DNA from: an uncultured virus (IMG/VR IMGVR_UViG_3300025572_000450) | Taxonomy: Duplodnaviria > Heunggongvirae > Uroviricota > Caudoviricetes | Length of the DNA stretch: 64,000 nt | Direction: 5' to 3' (one strand) | IMG/VR virus record: IMGVR_UViG_3300025572_000450 | Shown: piece after piece, positions 18,548 through 26,572 of the stretch | How the letters are laid out: each line of letters opens with the position of its first letter | Position numbering within the stretch: the stretch's first letter is position 1 | Made by a program: the position numbers and the translations under genes | The notes under the pieces: model-generated | What the model was told of the DNA's origin: nothing | What the model saw: the letters and a program-made list of their open reading frames with translations, nothing else | Database searches by the model: none

Positions 18548-21458
18548 TTTTTTTGCACAACGACCTGTGATTGTACCAACCATCTATGTGTATGAACTCA
18601 TAGGCGTAGCCTCTCACAAGGGATACATAAAAATCGGATATACTGAACGAGATGTTGCTACCCGTATCAAGGAGCAGCTGCACACTGCTGCTGTTCCGTT
18701 TAAGATCCTCTATCAAGAGAGTGCCATGAGGGAGGATGGCTCTGTCTTTACTGATAAGGATATACATCGAATTTTGGAGCGACGAGGTTTCAGACAGCTC
18801 AATGCAGTCGCTGACGATAACGAGTGGTACAACTGCTCCCTAAATGATGTCAAGGCGGCTATTGTTGAGCTTAAAACCGGAAAAATCACTGCTGATAGTC
18901 GGACAGCTGCATTCCGTATGCGTCCGGAGCAGCAGGCAGCCGTAAAACGCACGGTAGAGTATTTTACTAAGGCCAAATACGACGAGCCGGACAGAGCTCC
19001 AAAATTCTTGTGGAATGCCAAGATGCGCTTTGGTAAGACCTTTGCAGCCTATCAGCTTGCAAAAAAGATGGGCTTTAAGCGCGTGTTGGTACTTACCTTT
19101 AAGCCCGCTGTCGAATCCGCATGGCGAGATGATTTGCGCTCTCATGTTGATTTCGAAGAATGGCAGTTTGTTTCCAATAAGGACGCGCACAACAATAACG
19201 TTAATATCGATCAGGCCTACGCGAAGTGTGATAAAAAGAAGCCTATCGTTGTTTTTGGTTCCTTTCAAGACTTGTTGGGTACCAATGAGAATGGTGGCAT
19301 AAAAGCTAAGAATGAATTTATCCATGCGGAAAACTGGGACTTGGTTATTTTTGATGAGTATCACTTTGGCGCATGGCGAGAAAATGCCAAAAAGCTCTTT
19401 GAGAATCCTGATGAGGAAGAAATAGTCGACTTTGATATAGAGAAGTACAAGAAGGATGAGGCCGATAACGCCTATAACGAAACCTTCCTTCCCATTACAG
19501 CCAGTTATTATTTATACCTTTCTGGCACACCTTTCCGCGCCATTAATAGCGGCGAATTTATAGAAGATCAAATATATAACTGGACATATTCTGACGAGCA
19601 ACGTGCAAAGGAAAGCTGGAAAGGCCCTGGTAATCCCTATTTGTCGCTGCCGAGAATGGTCATGCTCACTTATCGGATACCGGATAGCATTCGCCAGATT
19701 GCCACGCAAGGCGAGTTTAACGAGTTCGACTTAAATGTGTTCTTTTCAGCCAAGGGTAAAGGCAAAGAGGCCAGGTTTGTTTACGAGAATGAAGTGCAGA
19801 AATGGCTTGATCTGATTCGCGGTTCATACCTTCCATCCAATGTTGATGATTTAAAACTCGGGCATGACAAGCGTCCTCCGATGCCTTTCTCTGATACACG
19901 ACTTTTGAATGTTCTAAATCATACAATTTGGTTTTTGCCGAATGTAGCATCCTGCCAAGCAATGTATAACCTGATGATGCAGAAGCAGAATGGTTATTAT
20001 AATCAGAAATATAAAATCATCGTTTGCGCCGGAACTCAAGCCGGTATCGGTCTAGATGCTCTCTATCCGGTACTACATGCCATGGGAAATCCATTGGAGA
20101 CATACACCATCACTCTCACCTGTGGTAAACTAACTACGGGTGTTACCGTAAAGCCGTGGACGGGTATCTTTATGTTGCGAAACCTAAAGAGTCCAGAAAC
20201 ATATTTCCAAGCAGCTTTCCGAGTCCAATCTCCGTGGGTGGTAAAAGATGAAGAAGGCAAAGACCTGATTATGAAAGAAGAATGCTATGTTTTTGACTTT
20301 GCGTTGGACAGGGCACTGCGGCAGATTGCAGACTATTCTTGTCGTTTGAATGTGGATGAAAGCAATCCTGAAAAGAAGGTAGCAGAGTTCATTAATTTCC
20401 TGCCGGTGTTGGCCTACGACGGCAGTACCATGCGTCAAATTAATGCGCAGGACATTCTCGACATCGCAATGGCTGGAACTTCCGCTACTCTGCTTGCAAA
20501 ACGCTGGGAATCTGCGCTACTGGTAAATGTTGACAATGACACTCTGCAACGCCTAATGAATAACAAAGAAGCTCTCGACGCTCTTATGAGCATTGAAGGT
20601 TTCCGCTCGTTGAATCAAGATATTCAGACTATCATCAACAAGTCAGAAGCGGTAAAGAAAGCCAAGAAAGAAGCCGAGAAGATGACTCCGAAGGAGAAAA
20701 AGGAAATCTCAGAAGAGGAAAAGGAATATAAGTCTCTTCGGAAGCAGATTCAGGAAAAACTCATCAAATTTGCTACCCGCATTCCGATATTTATGTACCT
20801 CACTGATTATCGCGAGCGGTCGCTCCGAGATGTTATAACTCAGCTTGAACCGGGGTTGTTCAAAAAGGTAACGGGCTTAAATGTTAAGGACTTTGAACTT
20901 CTTTGCAGCCTTGGGGTATTTAATGCAAGCCTGATGAACGATGCCATTTTTAAGTTCAAGCGTTACGAAGACAGCAGCCTTTCCTATACCGGTATCGACA
21001 AGCACGAAGGTAAAGATGTCGGTGGCTGGGATACCGTCATCAAACGCGAAGAATATGATAGACTGTTTTACAATCAACAGGCTACAATGGAATCCATCAA
21101 CTCGGCGTTCGAAGAAGCAATTGAAAAAGATGTTAAGCCCGTTGCGGCTGTGCCAAAGCCTGATCCAAAACCATCTGCTACAAAATATGTTACGGGGCAG
21201 TTTGGAATTAAGCCTCCGCTGTCGAAAGTAGCCGAGCATAAGAAACCTTATAGCACCAGCACGCAAGCCGATGAGGAAATGGAAGAGTTTGTTATACCGG
21301 AGATTTCGGAAGGCGATGCGGTTAAGCATAAGAGCTTCGGTGATGGTATAGTTACAAAGCTCGATAAAGCTGGGAAACACATTCGTGTGAAGTTTGCGGT
21401 TGGGGAAAAACTCTTCTTATTCCCAGATGCTTTCAAGCAGGGTTACTTGAAGTTGTAA
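18537..21458 (+). CDS. GIY-YIG/T5orf172-like nuclease, SF2 (ResIII-like) helicase and C-terminal Tudor-like domain
   Basis: IYVY..YIKIGYT..NEWY; AKMRFGKT; DEYH; LSGTP; QAAFRVQS; GDAVKHKSFGDGIV. Confidence 0.85.
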   Translation: MSTDFFAQRPVIVPTIYVYELIGVASHKGYIKIGYTERDVATRIKEQLHTAAVPFKILYQESAMREDGSVFTDKDIHRILERRGFRQLNAVADDNEWYNCSLNDVKAAIVELKTGKITADSRTAAFRMRPEQQAAVKRTVEYFTKAKYDEPDRAPKFLWNAKMRFGKTFAAYQLAKKMGFKRVLVLTFKPAVESAWRDDLRSHVDFEEWQFVSNKDAHNNNVNIDQAYAKCDKKKPIVVFGSFQDLLGTNENGGIKAKNEFIHAENWDLVIFDEYHFGAWRENAKKLFENPDEEEIVDFDIEKYKKDEADNAYNETFLPITASYYLYLSGTPFRAINSGEFIEDQIYNWTYSDEQRAKESWKGPGNPYLSLPRMVMLTYRIPDSIRQIATQGEFNEFDLNVFFSAKGKGKEARFVYENEVQKWLDLIRGSYLPSNVDDLKLGHDKRPPMPFSDTRLLNVLNHTIWFLPNVASCQAMYNLMMQKQNGYYNQKYKIIVCAGTQAGIGLDALYPVLHAMGNPLETYTITLTCGKLTTGVTVKPWTGIFMLRNLKSPETYFQAAFRVQSPWVVKDEEGKDLIMKEECYVFDFALDRALRQIADYSCRLNVDESNPEKKVAEFINFLPVLAYDGSTMRQINAQDILDIAMAGTSATLLAKRWESALLVNVDNDTLQRLMNNKEALDALMSIEGFRSLNQDIQTIINKSEAVKKAKKEAEKMTPKEKKEISEEEKEYKSLRKQIQEKLIKFATRIPIFMYLTDYRERSLRDVITQLEPGLFKKVTGLNVKDFELLCSLGVFNASLMNDAIFKFKRYEDSSLSYTGIDKHEGKDVGGWDTVIKREEYDRLFYNQQATMESINSAFEEAIEKDVKPVAAVPKPDPKPSATKYVTGQFGIKPPLSKVAEHKKPYSTSTQADEEMEEFVIPEISEGDAVKHKSFGDGIVTKLDKAGKHIRVKFAVGEKLFLFPDAFKQGYLKL

Positions 21459-21515
21459 CAGACTTCTGGGTGTTAGCAATACTGTGGGCACGATATAGAT
21501 AATATATTCAACGAG

Positions 21516-21559
21516 AAGGACTGCACCAAAGGTTTTATCCTTCAGTGCAGTCCTTTCTT
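21516..21559 (+). terminator. Hairpin terminator after the helicase
   Basis: AAGGACTGCAC / GTGCAGTCCTT followed by TCTTT. Confidence 0.7.
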
Positions 21560-21629
21560 TGCTGTCTCCGCTTGAAGAGAGCCGGTCAAAAATTACTTGT
21601 TTTCGTAAATCCCTAAGGCCAACTCCCTT

Positions 21630-21958
21630 TAGTGGTGCTTTTTGTTTGTTTTGTGTTTATATTCTTGCTTTCTTGGCGCGAAGCTCAAACACAGGCTGCA
21701 ACACGAGAACGGATCTATTTGATCCAGAAACATCAGAGCGGCTCGATTTGGTATGTCGTTTATGGAGTAGAGAACGCCACAGGCCCTATTGCAGTTGAGG
21801 GCGTAAAAAGCTATCGCGTTTACTCAGTGCAATACAATGGGCTTTGGAGCGCAACGCTTGTTGCAAGGATACATTGTGGTGAGACGCTGCGAGTCAACGG
21901 GCGCTTACTCGATCACAACTATTGCACCTATGCTCCCTTGGTGCCTGACAAGACATAA
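21630..21958 (+). pseudogene. 3' part of the interrupted gene; homolog of 56911-57363
   Basis: AATRERIYLIQ vs AAVPRIYRIQ; CGETLRVNGRLL..C vs CDSRLLLDGRVV..C. Confidence 0.8.
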
Positions 21959-22001
21959 TCTATTGCGTAACATGCTATAATGCAATTAGTCAATGTGCCT
22001 T

Positions 22002-22035
22002 GAGCGCTATCTCATCTGAGATAGGCGCTCTTTTT
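22002..22035 (+). promoter_or_regulatory. GAGC-led terminator-like hairpin in the neck-gene leader
   Basis: GAGCGCTATCTCA / TGAGATAGGCGCTC plus T-run, downstream of TGcTATAAT (21973-81). Confidence 0.65.
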
Positions 22036-22054
22036 ATTTGCTCGGGATATCGAT

Positions 22055-22612
22055 ATGGCACGAACCAGCATGCAGGCGCTGATCACGCGCCTACGACAAA
22101 TGACTAACTTGCTTGGAGATCGTTTAACGATCATCGACGATGATGAAATTCAGGAATTGCTTGATGAACATCGTGATGAATATCGAGTAGCGACGTTGGA
22201 ACCGATCGACAGGATCGAGCCAGGCGGAAAGATCCGATGGGAATCGTGGTATTCGCCTATTGGCGGCTTCTGGGAAGATAATTGTGTTTTTCAGAGCGGC
22301 AACAACTGGGAATATATCGTTCCCGTTGAGAGTGACAACCAGAACGGACGCTGGACTTTTGCTGAGCATCAGAATAGTGGCGTCTTTGTGACTGGCTTTG
22401 TCTACGATGTGTACGCAGCTGCTGCCGATCTGTGCGAACGGTTAGCCACTGGCGAGCTGCATCGCTTCGATTCTAGCGATTCCACATCGGGTATGAGCTT
22501 TCGACGATCACAAGTATTACAGAACTATCGAAGCATGGCGGATCGTTATCGAGCCAAAGCGCGTCTTCGCTATGGAACAATGATCCGCAGCGACGCAACA
22601 GGGCAGGGCTAG
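22055..22612 (+). CDS. Head-tail adaptor
   Basis: Position; DVYAAAADLCE motif. Confidence 0.7.
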   Translation: MARTSMQALITRLRQMTNLLGDRLTIIDDDEIQELLDEHRDEYRVATLEPIDRIEPGGKIRWESWYSPIGGFWEDNCVFQSGNNWEYIVPVESDNQNGRWTFAEHQNSGVFVTGFVYDVYAAAADLCERLATGELHRFDSSDSTSGMSFRRSQVLQNYRSMADRYRAKARLRYGTMIRSDATGQG

Positions 22613-22615
22613 CCG

Positions 22616-22996
22616 ATGAGTATGAATGTTCGGGCCGTAACAACCATTGAAGCAGACGATCTTGCTAACTTGCGCGAACAAATCGGTCAGACTTTGCGAA
22701 AAACTTGCGAAGTGTTGACCTACAGCTATGAGAGTGATGGTGCAGGAGGCCGCAAAAAAGTCAGCTCTGTTGCTGCTACATATGCTTGCAAGCTCGGCAA
22801 CCCCTCGCAGCGTGAATTGGAGCTAGCCCAACGCCTAACACAGAAATCGATTATGGCTGTGGTCTTGCCTTGGAACGCTGTTGTGAGCACAAAACAGCAA
22901 ATTCGGATCAATTCTGTGGTCTATGAGATCATTGAAGTCATTCAGCCCGATGATGCGGCGGCGACTCGCGTGCTTATTGCTAATTTATCGAATTGA
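22616..22996 (+). CDS. Head closure (stopper) protein
   Basis: SDGAGG, QQIRINSVVYEIIEV. Confidence 0.75.
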   Translation: MSMNVRAVTTIEADDLANLREQIGQTLRKTCEVLTYSYESDGAGGRKKVSSVAATYACKLGNPSQRELELAQRLTQKSIMAVVLPWNAVVSTKQQIRINSVVYEIIEVIQPDDAAATRVLIANLSN

Positions 22997-23403
22997 GGAC
23001 GCTCATGCCTTTAACTGTTACATCTCGCTTTCCTGAATTGATCGCAACTATTCAGCAGAATGCAGACTTAGCGGCGCAACATGCTGCTGAAGGCATGGTC
23101 GAAACAATGAAGGCATCGATGAAGGCATCGATGCGCGCACCCAGCCGCCGTGACGCTCAAGGTAAACCCGTGTCGGCCCCAGGCGAAGCTCCTGCTAGCT
23201 CTGGCGATGGCGAATTATACGAGAGCTTGCAAAGCGAAAAGATTGCTGATGGGCATTGGGCCGCCTATTCTGATAGCCAAATTGCTGCCTATCTGGAGTA
23301 TGGCACCAAGCACATGGCTCCGAGGCCGTTTATGACTCCAGCAGCAGACGAAATTGCCCCGAAATTCTTTGAGGAGCTGAAAGAGAATGTGTTCAAACTA
23401 TGA
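22993..23403 (+). CDS. HK97 gp10-like tail-completion protein
   Basis: SAPGEAPA, YLEYGTKHMAPRPFMTPA. Confidence 0.85.
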   Translation: MRTLMPLTVTSRFPELIATIQQNADLAAQHAAEGMVETMKASMKASMRAPSRRDAQGKPVSAPGEAPASSGDGELYESLQSEKIADGHWAAYSDSQIAAYLEYGTKHMAPRPFMTPAADEIAPKFFEELKENVFKL

Positions 23404-23828
23404 GCAATGAGTTTGCATTGGCTGATCGCTGGATCTATAAGACCTTATCCAGTGACCCGATTATTCAATCTCTTGCGCTTGGAGGTGTTCATGCCGAGAT
23501 CGCGCTTGATGCAGTCTCTCCCTATATTGTTTTTTGGCAACAAAGTGTAGGGAATGATCTGCCACGTATCGGTGGTGGCCGCATTTTGACCTCGCCAACC
23601 TATACGATCGCTGCGACAATTGAAGCAGAGTCATTTGAGGGAATTATAGACCTTGCTGATCGCATTGATCAGCTTCTTGATCGCAAACAGGCGACAGTGA
23701 ATGGAGGCCAGATTGTCTCCTGCACGCGCATTCGCGGCTTCCGGCGCGTGATCCCTGCCGAGGGCGGTAGCTTATATCGGCAGCTTGGTGCTCAGTATCA
23801 ATTGCAGGTTCAATCAGACTCATTCTGA
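23400..23828 (+). CDS. Tail terminator protein
   Basis: Position; SPYIVF motif. Confidence 0.7.
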   Translation: MSNEFALADRWIYKTLSSDPIIQSLALGGVHAEIALDAVSPYIVFWQQSVGNDLPRIGGGRILTSPTYTIAATIEAESFEGIIDLADRIDQLLDRKQATVNGGQIVSCTRIRGFRRVIPAEGGSLYRQLGAQYQLQVQSDSF

Positions 23829-23882
23829 TTGATATGCCAGTCATCTGCCATGAGCAGTAGTTTTTTTGAGTGAGGAATTCTC

Positions 23883-25193
23883 ATGGTAGCAGAACGAGCA
23901 ACGGTCTTTCAACGTGCTCAACTGGGCGTTGAAAGCACCCCAGGAACAGCAGTTGCAGCAACGAAGCAGCTTCAATCGCTAAGTTTTAACTTGGCGGCTA
24001 ATATCGAAACGCAGCGCATTCGGCCAGAAGGCTCGAAGTCGCCAACCGTGCAGACAGTTGGGCGTGAATGGACAAACGTACCCATTTCTGGTACACCGAC
24101 CTTTGACGAGCAGATCTATGCTTGGGCAAGCGTGCTTTGCAAACCAACGCCAACCACGGTCACGGCAGGTGTCTATGAATGGCTGTTTTCGATGCAGAAT
24201 TTTGCGGCGGATACGACCGCAACATTCACTATTGAGCATGGTAGTGCAGAGCGAGCAGCCCGTGCTAAGGGCGTTCAGTTGACCGAGTTTGGCTATACGC
24301 TGAACCGAACAGCTTGGACGCAGAGCGGCAACGCAGTAGGCCAAGAATATGAAGACGGCTTTGGGCTATCGGTTATTGCGCAGCCGACCAACCAGAAAAA
24401 CGCGATCACTATGAGTGACGTGACTGGTGGCACTTTCACGTTGACCATTGGCTCAGTCACGAGCGGCGATATTCCATACAATGCAACTCCTGCACAGGTT
24501 CAGACAGCCCTTGAAGGCATGAGTAATATTGGCGCTGGCAATGTTGTTGTTACTGGCACGGCCTTGCCAGAAGGCCCCCTAGTAATCATGTTCGTAGGCA
24601 AATTTGCTGCTACGGACATGGGCACTATCACTGCTGATACCAGCGATCTTATTAGCGATACAACACCTTCGGTGTCAATAATGCAAACTCAAGCTGGCGT
24701 GCGCGGTGGCTTCTTGCCCGTGATCCCCATGGTGCCCAGTCAAGTGGACTGCTATTTCTCGCAGACCGCCGAGGGCTTGGACTATGCCATCCCGCTCGAC
24801 TATATGTTTGAATTGAGCTGGAAGATCAGCAATCGTTTTGGCCAGTCGTGGCCGTTGCGTTCGAGCTATAAGAGCTTCCAGAGTTCGGTAGAACTGGAGC
24901 CAAAGATCGATTTGAGCTTCAAAGTCAAGTCAGACAGCAATGGTATGGCTCTGTTGAATAAGCTGCGAAACGGCGAAACGGTGTTTTTCCGTACTGTGGC
25001 AACTGGGCCACTTATTAGTGGGTCGCATACCTATAAATTCCAGCATGATACTGCGTTGAAGGTCGCTTCGATTGGTGCTCTTTCTGACAATGGTGGTGTC
25101 TATGCTGCCACCTTTAGTGCTGAAGGAGCATACGACGCAGGCTGGGGCAAAACAACCGAAGTGAAGATAATCAATACAACAGGAAGTTTGTAG
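23883..25193 (+). CDS. Major tail tube protein with an inserted accessory domain
   Basis: QLGVESTPGT N-terminus; insert GGTFTLT..IPYNATPAQVQTALE. Confidence 0.8.
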   Translation: MVAERATVFQRAQLGVESTPGTAVAATKQLQSLSFNLAANIETQRIRPEGSKSPTVQTVGREWTNVPISGTPTFDEQIYAWASVLCKPTPTTVTAGVYEWLFSMQNFAADTTATFTIEHGSAERAARAKGVQLTEFGYTLNRTAWTQSGNAVGQEYEDGFGLSVIAQPTNQKNAITMSDVTGGTFTLTIGSVTSGDIPYNATPAQVQTALEGMSNIGAGNVVVTGTALPEGPLVIMFVGKFAATDMGTITADTSDLISDTTPSVSIMQTQAGVRGGFLPVIPMVPSQVDCYFSQTAEGLDYAIPLDYMFELSWKISNRFGQSWPLRSSYKSFQSSVELEPKIDLSFKVKSDSNGMALLNKLRNGETVFFRTVATGPLISGSHTYKFQHDTALKVASIGALSDNGGVYAATFSAEGAYDAGWGKTTEVKIINTTGSL

Positions 25194-25195
25194 AA

Positions 25196-25762
25196 ATGGC
25201 TCTACGCTTTTCAGAAGTAATCCAATTGTCGCAGGATGCTATTCCTGAACGTAAGGTGCAGGCGGAGTGGCAAGGTCATTCTATTACGCTGGTCTATCGG
25301 CCAGGTCTAATTACGCCAGCGAAACTTGAGGAGATGTCGATCCTCTCCATGCAAGGCCAAAATACACTTTTCAATTCTAAGTATCTCAAGAATTGTTTAG
25401 TGGACTGGGACGTGTTGGGCGATAATGGAGAGCCTTATCCCCTACCAGCTCACGCGGGGCAGTTTGGTATCCTTGTCAACGCAATTCGAGAGAAGCTTGT
25501 GTCAGAGGGTAAGGCTGCCACGCCCCAACGCATTCTTGCTCTTCTTCCTGAAGAGGAGGGCGAAAGCGATGAGGATGAAGAGCTTACCAAGCAGAAAAAG
25601 GCTACGATCAAACAAGAGAAGCTTGAGAAGATACGACATGCACTTGAATGCTATGATGCGATCGATCGATTCCCAGGCACTTTCCTTAATGCACTGGTAG
25701 AGGCTATTGTAGAGGATATTCGCCCAAAGCGGAAGAGCGGTGGGAGCTTCAGCGATTCCTGA
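25196..25762 (+). CDS. Tail assembly chaperone (G)
   Basis: LVDWDV..GEPYP; lies between tube and tape measure. Confidence 0.75.
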   Translation: MALRFSEVIQLSQDAIPERKVQAEWQGHSITLVYRPGLITPAKLEEMSILSMQGQNTLFNSKYLKNCLVDWDVLGDNGEPYPLPAHAGQFGILVNAIREKLVSEGKAATPQRILALLPEEEGESDEDEELTKQKKATIKQEKLEKIRHALECYDAIDRFPGTFLNALVEAIVEDIRPKRKSGGSFSDS

Positions 25763-25926
25763 TCCATGGCGGCCAAATAGGCTCGCTCCCGCCGTACTAC
25801 AAGCTAATTAGGGCGGCACGGTATTTGGGTGTGCCACCTTGGGAGCTTGCAAAACAGCCAGTCTATTGGCAAGAGATTGCTTGGATGTGCGAGATGGCCG
25901 AGATCGGCGCAGCTAAGCAAAGCTAG
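25723..25926 (+). CDS. -1 frameshift extension (GT) of the chaperone
   Basis: Slippery C CCA AAG at 25723-29; the -1 frame is open to TAG at 25926 (ARYLGVPPWEL). Confidence 0.75.
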   Translation, partial: PKAEERWELQRFLIHGGQIGSLPPYYKLIRAARYLGVPPWELAKQPVYWQEIAWMCEMAEIGAAKQS

Positions 25927-26475
25927 TTATTCGCCATCAGGACAATCACGGAAAAGTTGAGGGAGAAATTCATCAATACCATGGGTATTAAAGGTCATCT
26001 CGACTAGATTCCCCTCGTAATTGATGAAGCTGGTAACAAAGGTCTTTGTATCCCGAAAAGTATTGATCGCCGTTGTAGGTTTGAGGTGTATTCTTGAGAG
26101 CTTCGAGACGTTATGATAGCTTTCTACAACCTCGGAACCGTCAAAGCTTGATCGAAGAACAATCCTACCGCCTGTTATACCGTCTTGAGTCTCCAAGAAG
26201 CCATTAAGTTTGCCGTCTGTACACGAGAACTCAATGTAAGGCATTCGATATTTTTCGGGTACAACCATATCTGCTTCTAAAGTTAGCTTTGATTGAACAG
26301 ACGTGGTTCCAATTCGTTCAAAGCGCCATTTTGTTGTTGTGGAAACACTTGTTGGCTGAACACGAGCCTGGGGAATAGGATTTCGGTTGCGAATTTGGTC
26401 AACCGCAACAGCAAAACCGATTGTTACAAGGATGCCAGCGACGAACCCAACGATAAGACCGAGCGAAAATTTCAT
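25927..26475 (-). CDS. Membrane-anchored moron protein
   Basis: N-terminal TM helix; opposite strand inside the tail operon. Confidence 0.65.
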   Translation of the reverse strand: MKFSLGLIVGFVAGILVTIGFAVAVDQIRNRNPIPQARVQPTSVSTTTKWRFERIGTTSVQSKLTLEADMVVPEKYRMPYIEFSCTDGKLNGFLETQDGITGGRIVLRSSFDGSEVVESYHNVSKLSRIHLKPTTAINTFRDTKTFVTSFINYEGNLVEMTFNTHGIDEFLPQLFRDCPDGE

Positions 26476-26521
26476 AAGATTACTCCTTTGTTAAAAGAAT
26501 GAGAGGAGATATTAAACTTAT

Positions 26522-26560
26522 GCGCCTAGAGCGCCTGTTAACACAGGCGTTTTTTGTTTT
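26522..26560 (+). promoter_or_regulatory. GCGCC/GAGCGCC repeat plus hairpin in the tape-measure leader
   Basis: GCGCCTGT / ACAGGCGT plus T-run. Confidence 0.6.
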
Positions 26561-26572
26561 GTAGGAGACACC

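Larger units (their letters stand above)
14422..21629. mobile_element. Non-autonomous serine-recombinase-type integrative element (Clostridia-like), 7208 bp
   Basis: TT core duplicated at 14420-21 and 21628-29; terminal arms CTTAGGGATTT (14432-42) and AAATCCCTAAG (21607-17), each 10 bp from the core; recombinase remnant; interrupted target gene. Confidence 0.9.

Noticed and set aside
14417..21630. 5-bp target-site duplication CCTTT from a DDE transposon
   Set aside because: Collapsing CCTTT gives an in-frame stop, whereas a TT core restores the ORF and makes the arms symmetric; no transposase is present.
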